Of a DNA stretch of 25,504 nt, positions 6,258-13,381 are shown piece after piece (position 1 is the stretch's first letter; each line of letters starts with the position of its first letter). Both the position numbers and the translations under genes were made by a program. The DNA is taken from positions 1-25,504 of IMG/VR virus record IMGVR_UViG_3300020413_000071, one strand, 5' to 3'. The notes under the pieces are model-generated. The model was given only the letters and a program-made list of their open reading frames with translations. It searched no databases and was not told the origin of the DNA. Source of the stretch: a virus. Its lineage: Duplodnaviria; Caudoviricetes.

Positions 6258-8177
6258 ATGACAACACGAAACTTTAGAGTCAATAACGGATTAGAAGTAG
6301 GTGACGTAACCATCAGTGCTTCAACCAACAAGATAACAGGTCTGGCTACATCGGCACCATCAGGAGACGGTGACGTAGTAACTAAGGCGTACAGTGACTC
6401 TGGTACGCAGACAATGACCAACAAAACACTTACTGCACCGGTAATCAACAGTCCAACGTTGAACGGTCCGATAACAGTGACACAGATCACAGTGAACGAT
6501 CTTGTGTCAAATGGATCAAATGCTGACATCACACTAGATGCGGCAGGAACAGGAGACATCAACCTTACAGCAGGTGCAGACGTAAATGTACCAGCAAACA
6601 TCGGTATAACATTTGGTGACGATGGAGAAAAAATCGAAGGTGATGGAACCGACTTAACCATTGCTTCAAGTGCCAAACTAAACTTGACAGCAACTACAGA
6701 CGTACACATTCCACAAGGAGTTGGTCTTGTATTTGACACGGCTGGCACAGAGAAAATTGAGTCAGATGGTACTGACCTGTCCTTTTCAATTGGAGCCAAC
6801 GGAGACATCAACGTACCGTCAGACATTGGTTTGACCTTTGGAGACGACGGTGAGAAGATTGAGGGTAATGGTACAAAGTTAACAATTTCATCAAGTGACG
6901 CAATTGATTTAACTGCAACGACAGACGTTGTGATACCAGCAAACGTTGGTTTAACATTTGGTACAGGTGAAAAAATTGAGGGTGACAACACAGACCTAAC
7001 AGTAACTTCAGGTGCCAAAATTAATTTAACGGCAACTTCAGATGTACACATTCCACAAAACGTAGGTATAGTATTTGACGCCAACGGATCAGAGAAGATC
7101 GAATCTAACGACACAGATTTAACCATAAGTGGTGGTGCAAAAATAAACCTTTCAGCAACATCAGACGTACACATTCCACAAAACGTAGGTATAGTATTTG
7201 ATGCAAACGCAAGTGAGAAGATCGAGTCCAACGACACAGACTTGACAGTGAACTCAGGTGCGGACATCAACTTGACTGCGACGGCGGATGTTAACATACC
7301 AGCAAACGTTGGTATAACATTTGGTGACGATGGTGAGAAGATCGAAGGTAATGGTACAAACTTAACCATTGCGTCTTCAGGTCTATGTACAATCACAGCA
7401 ACTGGTGAAACGGTAGTAACTAACAACTTAAGAATTGGTGGTAACTTGACTGTAGATGGTACTGAAACAATTATAAACACAACAACATTATCAGTTGAGG
7501 ATAACATCATCGAACTTAACAGAAACGTATCAGCGGCATCAGGAATGCCAAGTATATCTGGAATCAGAGCAAACAGGGGTGAAGGTTCGACTGCCACTGA
7601 ACTAGCACTTTACTGGGCTTGGGATGAAAGTTTTGCAGATGACGGTACAACAACACACGGTAATGTGGGCGGTGCCTGGACGGCATTCGCGGCACCAAGA
7701 GGTGACGAATCAGGATTCTCGGCTGACTCCTTGATTGATATTAGGGCGAACGTGGTACACGCCACTGCAACTTCGGCTCAGTACGCGGACGTTGCCGAGC
7801 GTTTCGAAGCAGACGCTCCAATGGCTGTAGGTGCAGTAGTAGAAGTAGGTGGTGACGCAGAGATCACAGAAACAACTTCAGAAATGTCTGAGAATGTTTT
7901 TGGTGTTATATCTGATCAACCAGCATACGCCATGAACGCAGGTGCAGGTAACAATGATTCACATCCATTTGTTGCAATGACAGGAAGAACTCCAGTTAGA
8001 GTAACAGGTGCAGTAACTAAAGGTCAAAGACTAGTTAGTTCAACAGTGAAAGGTTGTGCAAGAGCGGCGGCGACGGGTGAGTCAATTTCACCTTTCAACG
8101 TTATTGGAAGAGCATTAGAAAGTTCAACAGACGCAGGAATCAAATTGGTAAACTGTGCAGTACGGACTAACAACTAA
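6258..8177 (+). CDS. Tail fibre/spike protein with internal repeats and a C-terminal intramolecular chaperone (Peptidase_G2-like autocleavage) domain
   Basis: Seven ~40-aa EKIE repeats. C-terminal AQYADVAERF...FGVIS..PAY.MN...VAMTGRTPVRV.G.V.KG..LVSS...IGRALE matches the autoproteolytic chaperone domain known from the phi29 gp12 class. Confidence 0.75.
   Translation: MTTRNFRVNNGLEVGDVTISASTNKITGLATSAPSGDGDVVTKAYSDSGTQTMTNKTLTAPVINSPTLNGPITVTQITVNDLVSNGSNADITLDAAGTGDINLTAGADVNVPANIGITFGDDGEKIEGDGTDLTIASSAKLNLTATTDVHIPQGVGLVFDTAGTEKIESDGTDLSFSIGANGDINVPSDIGLTFGDDGEKIEGNGTKLTISSSDAIDLTATTDVVIPANVGLTFGTGEKIEGDNTDLTVTSGAKINLTATSDVHIPQNVGIVFDANGSEKIESNDTDLTISGGAKINLSATSDVHIPQNVGIVFDANASEKIESNDTDLTVNSGADINLTATADVNIPANVGITFGDDGEKIEGNGTNLTIASSGLCTITATGETVVTNNLRIGGNLTVDGTETIINTTTLSVEDNIIELNRNVSAASGMPSISGIRANRGEGSTATELALYWAWDESFADDGTTTHGNVGGAWTAFAAPRGDESGFSADSLIDIRANVVHATATSAQYADVAERFEADAPMAVGAVVEVGGDAEITETTSEMSENVFGVISDQPAYAMNAGAGNNDSHPFVAMTGRTPVRVTGAVTKGQRLVSSTVKGCARAAATGESISPFNVIGRALESSTDAGIKLVNCAVRTNN
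6558..7382 (+). repeat. Seven tandem ~40-aa coding repeats (INLTAxxDVxIPxNVGxxFxxxxEKIExxxTDLTI)
   Basis: EKIE occurs 7 times. A 35-nt exact duplicate GTACACATTCCACAAAACGTAGGTATAGTATTTGA lies at 7044-7078 and 7167-7201 (period 123 nt). Confidence 0.9.
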
Positions 8178-8204
8178 TAAATATTAATACTTTTTAGTAG
8201 AATC

Positions 8205-8233
8205 AAAAGGCGGCTTTCGGGTCGCCTTTTTTT
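8205..8233. terminator. Bidirectional intrinsic terminator between convergent genes
   Basis: AAAAGGCGGCT-TTCG-GGTCGCCTTTT, with an A-run on the left and a T-run on the right, between the + fibre gene and the - Nudix gene. Confidence 0.85.
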
Positions 8234-8661
8234 TATGTTATTAAATCCAATATAGTTTGAAGTTTTCCTTTAATCGACTTATTGTTAAGTGTATTTCTAA
8301 GTCCCATGTGAAGATTTTTTGGCCAACATTCAAAAGCTGTCCAACAATATCCTGAGTGCTCTTCGTTAAGTACAGGAATAAATTCATTATCAATTGCAAT
8401 TACATATGTGTGAAAATAAAATTTTTGATCGTTTGATGTAAACATTTCTAGAGGAATCACTTTTTTAAATTTAGGTGTATTGCCGACTTCTTCTTGGATC
8501 TCACGTTTTAGACCTTCAAACGCACTTTCCGAATACTTTGATTTTCCTCCAACCAATCCCCATGAGCCGGCCGTCTTTTTGTCTGTCCTCTGCAGGAACA
8601 GAAATCTCTTTGTGCTTATCGAGTAAAACAAGGCACCCGAACATACTATATTATCTTTCAT
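8233..8661 (-). CDS. Nudix hydrolase
   Basis: Complete Nudix box GX5EX7REUXEEXG: GKSKYSESAFEGLKREIQEEVG, preceded by WGLVG and followed by EHSGYCW. Confidence 0.92.
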   Translation of the reverse strand: MKDNIVCSGALFYSISTKRFLFLQRTDKKTAGSWGLVGGKSKYSESAFEGLKREIQEEVGNTPKFKKVIPLEMFTSNDQKFYFHTYVIAIDNEFIPVLNEEHSGYCWTAFECWPKNLHMGLRNTLNNKSIKGKLQTILDLIT

Positions 8662-8666
8662 GCTAT

Positions 8667-8675
8667 ATTATAACA
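8667..8675 (-). promoter_or_regulatory. Extended -10 sigma70-type promoter (TGnTATAAT) for the Nudix gene
   Basis: Minus strand reads TGTTATAAT-ATAGC-ATG, with no SD. Confidence 0.55.
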
Positions 8676-8691
8676 AAAAATTATATGATTA

Positions 8692-10137
8692 TCAAGGAGT
8701 TGTTGCGTCGTTTGAGTCTGCGTCTTCAGTTTGCTGGTAACCACCATCTAAAACTATACTCCAAGTGCCTTGTTTGTACACGCCTTCATATGATTTTACC
8801 CATTCTGTGCCGTTGAACTTGTATTGTATTCCAGTATTAAGGTTCGTAACATAGTGCTGAGTTGAATCTGGATCTGATGCGTCAAAGGCAATATTCCATT
8901 TACTAGTAGAGCTGTTGTATTCTATGATATCTCCAACTCTTGCAACTAGTGTACCCCAAGTAGCACTTTGGAAACTAGCAGTTGAGTCGCCGACATCGTT
9001 GATTACAAGATATCTATCTCCATTGGCCGGAGTGCCAGGATCAAATGTGGCCGGATTTATTATTTTTTTAACCGCAGTTAATGTGTTACTAGGAATAGTG
9101 TCATCGTCTATCGTATACAATAATATTGTATCATCAAGTGTTGTCGTAGCGATAGTGCCAATAATTTGATTACCGTTAGGTTGGTCAAGTCTAATCTGTG
9201 ATGTTCCATTAATTACTTTTCCATATTGATCAAGGACTAGTTTCCAATTCAGTGGTGGCCCAAATTCTGCAAAAGGATCAGCAAGTCCAGGATCTCTTGC
9301 ACCTGTATGAAATCCATCACCCCCTGATTTAACATTTGTACCTGTTGTTCCTAACAATCTCAACTGGTTTCCTGTTACCAACAAGCCAAAATTATTTGGA
9401 GTAATAAAACTTCTAGATGCTAATTCACCGTCGATTAGTCCTTTGGCTATACCACCGTCGTCATCATAGATACTCATGATTATCTTTTGTACCACACCTA
9501 ATTTTTTAACTTTGACTGGCGGAGATAACCATATTGGCATACTGAATGTCATGGATGCAACATCAATTTCGGACTCTGCTCCCACAGGGATAGTCCTTGA
9601 GCTGAATGTTATACCGGTAAGTTCGACATAACTCAAACTTGTCCAATCAATATAATTGTCTGTCTTTTGTATTTCAAAATCTGGATTGAAAAGGTATAAT
9701 ATTTGTTCAAGTATTTGTAGTTTTTGATCGGTGTTGGATGAGAATATATCCGCACTCACTTCTAATCTAAACGGTGACGGCATGACCTTTTCTACTGTGT
9801 AACCTGCACCCAACTGATTAGTATAGTTGCCATCTGAGTCTACATCTCTTTCTCGTAAATGCTGTTTCTCTACATGATAAGGATTCTGCATACGATCCCT
9901 GTCATAATTTAATTCTCGCACATAACAAGCAATCTTTGGTGCGTAATTCAAAGCATTTTCACTATTGTTCCTAATAATGTTGGCAACTTGCCTTGTTGGA
10001 TCTCCGTATACAACCGGCACAGCTCTAAGATTAATAGACCCGTCTTTTGCTTTTCCTGTCTCCACAGAAAAATTACTTAGGATCCTAATAAATTGTGTTA
10101 AGAATTTTCTAACCTGTCCTTCGTAAAAATGTAGCAT
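8692..10137 (-). CDS. gp15: Tail sheath stabiliser / tail terminator (T4 gp15-like) with C-terminal extension
   Basis: N-terminal HFYEGQVRKFLTQF..., VPVVYG and QILEQILYLFNP motifs match gp15 homologues. Adjacent to gp14/gp13-like genes and coupled to gp14 by a 1-nt stop/start overlap at 10137. Confidence 0.75.
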   Translation of the reverse strand: MLHFYEGQVRKFLTQFIRILSNFSVETGKAKDGSINLRAVPVVYGDPTRQVANIIRNNSENALNYAPKIACYVRELNYDRDRMQNPYHVEKQHLRERDVDSDGNYTNQLGAGYTVEKVMPSPFRLEVSADIFSSNTDQKLQILEQILYLFNPDFEIQKTDNYIDWTSLSYVELTGITFSSRTIPVGAESEIDVASMTFSMPIWLSPPVKVKKLGVVQKIIMSIYDDDGGIAKGLIDGELASRSFITPNNFGLLVTGNQLRLLGTTGTNVKSGGDGFHTGARDPGLADPFAEFGPPLNWKLVLDQYGKVINGTSQIRLDQPNGNQIIGTIATTTLDDTILLYTIDDDTIPSNTLTAVKKIINPATFDPGTPANGDRYLVINDVGDSTASFQSATWGTLVARVGDIIEYNSSTSKWNIAFDASDPDSTQHYVTNLNTGIQYKFNGTEWVKSYEGVYKQGTWSIVLDGGYQQTEDADSNDATTP

Positions 10138-11306
10138 TAATTGTCAGCCTTTGGTTTAAGAGCATTTGAAAGTGCCTGCCTCTGTTTTACAGTCAAACCA
10201 TTTATTGTGGATTCTGTAGTATTGTTGACAAACCCTGTCTTATAATTAGCTCTAGAATCATTGTTTGTTGTAGTAATTCTAACCGAATCTTCAATTTTGA
10301 CCCATCTATTCCCGTCATAACGAAATAATCTATTAGGCAAATAATCTGTTCGCAAAAAATAATCGCCTTTGTCTACACCAGACACCGGAAAACTTATTCC
10401 AAATCCAGCAGGATTTCCATTTGGTGCTACACCGTCACCGTCAAGATAGAAACCATAGTGTGAACTTGCAGGCGTATCAATTGTGGCATTAACAGTTCTA
10501 TCACTGCTGGCTCTCTGTTCTTCAGTGTTTACATTTTCAGTTCTAATGTTGCCTCTTTCGTCTATTGGTGCCACGTAATATTGTTTGTAGTTGAATCCTG
10601 ACTTAGGGGCGTCTGCTTCAGCTTGTGCTACAACTTGATCGTTAATAGTTTTTTCTCTATTGAACGTGCTCATGTAACTAGCAACACTACCTGTTGTTGT
10701 TGCATCTCCTAAAATATCTCTAAACTCCTGAGAGTCTACTAAAGTTTTTAATTTGAGCCTTAACAAATGAGGCCACCATGTTGCGGAAAATCCTTCAGCC
10801 GCTCTGTTTACATCCTCAATAACGTAGTATCTTTTAAGAGCAATTGGTATGCTTTCGTCCAATGAAAAATCATCTTTCATGTGAGGAAATTCTAAGACAT
10901 CACCTGCCATCGGTTTTCTTCCGATCCTTTCAACTATATCGTTTAGATGAACTGTCAAAAAAAGTGTGTCATTCTGTAAAAACATTCCAAACTGTGATAG
11001 GTTGAAGTCTGCATCTTGCACATTATAGATACCTCTTACAACATAGATATCAGAAGCATATTTTCTGTCTCTATTTTCTAAAAATAATAAATCTTGTATA
11101 GTTGTTTCGTTAATTTCACTGCCTGCGTAGTTTGGCTGACTCGGAGATGCCGCTCCATCCTTTTGTTCATCCCCTTGATCGTATGGTCCAAGATATTTGT
11201 GTAGGTGTAGATCCGTGCCTCCGACGGTGAACATCTCTTTGATGTTTCTATCAAAGAACTTGTAGTCATTGCCTTTTTCGGGCTTGAAAATGGATAATCT
11301 TGGCAT
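10137..11306 (-). CDS. gp14: Neck / head-closure protein (T4 gp14-like); start reassigned to MPRLS
   Basis: LSQFGMFLQND...F....RKPMAGDVLEFP matches the gp14 motif set. ATG at 11306 lies 8 nt after the minus-strand TAAATA (11315-11320), while the ORF-track start overlaps the promoter. Confidence 0.7.
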   Translation of the reverse strand: MPRLSIFKPEKGNDYKFFDRNIKEMFTVGGTDLHLHKYLGPYDQGDEQKDGAASPSQPNYAGSEINETTIQDLLFLENRDRKYASDIYVVRGIYNVQDADFNLSQFGMFLQNDTLFLTVHLNDIVERIGRKPMAGDVLEFPHMKDDFSLDESIPIALKRYYVIEDVNRAAEGFSATWWPHLLRLKLKTLVDSQEFRDILGDATTTGSVASYMSTFNREKTINDQVVAQAEADAPKSGFNYKQYYVAPIDERGNIRTENVNTEEQRASSDRTVNATIDTPASSHYGFYLDGDGVAPNGNPAGFGISFPVSGVDKGDYFLRTDYLPNRLFRYDGNRWVKIEDSVRITTTNNDSRANYKTGFVNNTTESTINGLTVKQRQALSNALKPKADN

Positions 11307-11314
11307 ATCACACA

Positions 11315-11344
11315 TATTTATTGCCTAGCCAAAGGCTATAAATA
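11315..11344. promoter_or_regulatory. Back-to-back divergent late promoters
   Basis: TATTTA at 11315-11320 (TAAATA on -) and TATAAATA at 11337-11344 (+), separated by the inverted repeat TAGCC-AAA-GGCTA. Confidence 0.75.
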
Positions 11345-11349
11345 TGAGT

Positions 11350-12111
11350 ATGTCAGAACTACAAACAGGTCAGCAAGAGATATTCGATTACGTAAAAAAT
11401 AATCTAGGCGAAGGTATGATTGACGTCGAATTAGACCCAAAACACTATCAAACGGCACTAGAACGAGCCATAAACAAATTTAGACAAAGATCGTCTAATG
11501 CTGTTGAAGAATCCTATGCATTTCTGGAATTAAAGAAAGATCAAAACACATACATCTTGCCAGATGAAATCATCAACGTGAGAAGCCTGCACAGAAGGAC
11601 TGTTGGATCAAGAACAGAGGGCGGCGAAGGTGGTACACTATTTGAACCATTCAATCTAGCATACACCAACACATATCTACTAAGGGCAGGTGCCACAGGT
11701 GGACTGGCAACCTATTATGCTTTTGCATCCTACCAAGAACTCGTAGGTAAATTGTTTGGTAGTTTCATACAGTTCCACTTTGATGTTGCGACAAAAAAAT
11801 TAACAATTACTCAAAGACCGAGAGCCGACAACGAAACGGTTCTGATGCACACAGATAACTTCAGACCAGACATTACATTATTCAAAGACATCTATTCGAA
11901 GCCGTGGATCAGAGACTACACACTTGCTGTGTCTAAAGTAATGATTGGTGAAGCAAGAGGAAAGTTCCAACAAATTGCAGGTCCACAGGGAGGAACCTCA
12001 CTGAACGGTTCAGAACTGAAACAACAGGGTATGCAAGAAATGGAACGACTTGAAGCAGAAATTGGTAACTACTCAGAAGGTGGCACACCACACAGTTTTG
12101 TTATTGGTTAA
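11350..12111 (+). CDS. gp13: Neck protein / head-tail adaptor (T4 gp13-like); start reassigned to MSELQ
   Basis: DYVKNNLG..MIDVEL, WIRDYTLA, and KFQQIAGPQGGTSLNG....G..E...LE.E...F.IG match gp13 family hallmarks. Confidence 0.85.
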   Translation: MSELQTGQQEIFDYVKNNLGEGMIDVELDPKHYQTALERAINKFRQRSSNAVEESYAFLELKKDQNTYILPDEIINVRSLHRRTVGSRTEGGEGGTLFEPFNLAYTNTYLLRAGATGGLATYYAFASYQELVGKLFGSFIQFHFDVATKKLTITQRPRADNETVLMHTDNFRPDITLFKDIYSKPWIRDYTLAVSKVMIGEARGKFQQIAGPQGGTSLNGSELKQQGMQEMERLEAEIGNYSEGGTPHSFVIG

Positions 12112-12142
12112 TAACCAATTCTCTACATTTAAATACGCAGAC

Positions 12143-12325
12143 ATGAAAGATTCCAATTATAAAAATTACTCTGATCTCACTCTAGACGAACTGGAAGAAG
12201 TAGTTGTTGAACTTGAAAATTTAAGCATTAAGGCACTTAAAGAAAAGAAAAAAAGCCTCAGAAATCGAATATTACATTCTGTTACAGAAGCAATAAAAGA
12301 GATTGAAAAACGTCTAAAAAAATAG
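12143..12325 (+). CDS. Small helical/coiled-coil hypothetical protein (60 aa); start reassigned to MKDSN
   Basis: TAAATA at 12130-12135 lies 7 nt before ATG 12143. The longer ORF-track version overlaps gp13. Confidence 0.6.
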   Translation: MKDSNYKNYSDLTLDELEEVVVELENLSIKALKEKKKSLRNRILHSVTEAIKEIEKRLKK

Positions 12326-12331
12326 TATAAT
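12303..12331 (+). promoter_or_regulatory. Sigma70-type (early) promoter for dNMP kinase
   Basis: TTGAAA (12303-08), 17-nt spacer, TATAAT (12326-31), then ATG 7 nt downstream. Confidence 0.7.
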
Positions 12332-12338
12332 AAACACT

Positions 12339-12992
12339 ATGCTTGTAGGTATAGTAGGTTTAATAGGTTCTGGTAAAGGCACTGTTTCTGACAGACTTGT
12401 AGAAAAACACGGGTATCAAAAAGATAGTTTTGCAAAAAGTTTAAAAGATGCCGTTGCATCTATGTTCAACTGGGATAGAGCCATGCTGGAAGGAGACACA
12501 GAATCAAGTAGGCATTGGCGTGAACAACCAGACAAATTTTGGAGCGAGAAATTTGGCAAACCAATAACACCTCGATGGGTGTTACAGCACTTTGGAACGG
12601 AAGTTATGCGTGGGCAAATGTATGATGGAATATGGGTGGACAGTTGTATGGGAAGGTATAAAGGACAAAACACAGTGATAGCAGATGTGAGATTCCCAAA
12701 CGAAGTTACACAGATAAGGGCACAAGGTGGAAAAATTATACGGGTAAAAAGAGGCCGAGACCCTGAATGGTTTATAAACTATGTTGAAGGAAACATAGAG
12801 CCAGCTGGTGTACATTCATCAGAATATGCATGGGCAAAAGAGGAATTTGACTTCACTATTGAAAACAATGGTGATAAGCATGAATTATATCAAAAAATAG
12901 ATGACTTAATCGTCAGCAACAAGATCACCCATTCTCCAGCCAAGACGTCTGACCCCTTGCAACCTTTGGCAATTGGCGCAAACAGTTTTTAG
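12339..12992 (+). CDS. Deoxynucleoside monophosphate kinase (T4 gp1-like)
   Basis: P-loop GLIGSGKGT, SFAKSLKD, TPRWVLQHFGTEVMR, VIADVRFPNE and HSSE motifs of phage dNMP kinases. Confidence 0.9.
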   Translation: MLVGIVGLIGSGKGTVSDRLVEKHGYQKDSFAKSLKDAVASMFNWDRAMLEGDTESSRHWREQPDKFWSEKFGKPITPRWVLQHFGTEVMRGQMYDGIWVDSCMGRYKGQNTVIADVRFPNEVTQIRAQGGKIIRVKRGRDPEWFINYVEGNIEPAGVHSSEYAWAKEEFDFTIENNGDKHELYQKIDDLIVSNKITHSPAKTSDPLQPLAIGANSF

Positions 12993-13265
12993 ATTAGTAG
13001 CCACAGTATTCCTCATATCCCCGTCCACAAAGAACACATCAAGTTGACTTTGACTCTGTGCCTTGAACCCACACAGTTCGCATTTTCTCTTTTTCTTATA
13101 TCCAGATCTTTGCAGGGCAGTAACGCCTCCTATTTTTTTACCTGCTTTTTTCCTAATGCAGGTATCACAAAGCGTCCGCCAGTAAACCCTATCATACCGC
13201 TTGTATGCGTATGCCCTGGGTTTGGACTTACATGATTTGCACAATGGTCTGTCTTTGTACCGCAT
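12906..13265 (-). CDS. Zn-binding protein with degenerate HNH-like C-terminal domain; start reassigned to MRYKDRP
   Basis: Four CxxC pairs (CKSC, CDTC, CELC, CANC). LDVFFVDGDMRNTVATNLKTVCANCQ follows the HNH pattern. Minus-strand TAAATA (13271-76) lies 5 nt upstream of the ATG. Confidence 0.7.
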   Translation of the reverse strand: MRYKDRPLCKSCKSKPRAYAYKRYDRVYWRTLCDTCIRKKAGKKIGGVTALQRSGYKKKRKCELCGFKAQSQSQLDVFFVDGDMRNTVATNLKTVCANCQRLQGVRRLGWRMGDLVADD

Positions 13266-13336
13266 AGTTGTATTTACGTTCCCTATATAGGCACCTCGAA
13301 AATGGTAAATTATGTCAACAAAACCGTATGATCTAA

Positions 13337-13342
13337 TAAATA
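13337..13342 (+). promoter_or_regulatory. Late promoter core (TAAATA) for the sheath gene
   Basis: AATAAATA followed by SD AGGAG and ATG 13382. Confidence 0.65.
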
Positions 13343-13381
13343 ACTCTAGTATACGTACAACTTGCAAGGAGAATACGAAAA

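Noticed and set aside
6558-7382. Possible CRISPR array or DGR template/variable repeat
   Set aside because: Repeats are in-frame coding units without unique spacers. Differences are not adenine-specific, and no cas or reverse transcriptase gene is in the window.
2610-7597. Long minus-strand ORFs (e.g. 6179-7597, 4152-4709, 3537-4064, 2610-3002)
   Set aside because: Antisense shadows of S/T/G/D-rich structural genes whose codon bias leaves few stops on the reverse strand. They have no promoter, SD or recognisable motifs.
8178-8183. TAAATA just after the fibre gene stop
   Set aside because: It points straight into a terminator about 20 nt away with no ORF, so it is probably a chance match in AT-rich DNA
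13282-13291. 10-bp palindrome CCTATATAGG between divergent promoters
   Set aside because: Single short occurrence with no second copy noticed, insufficient to call an operator
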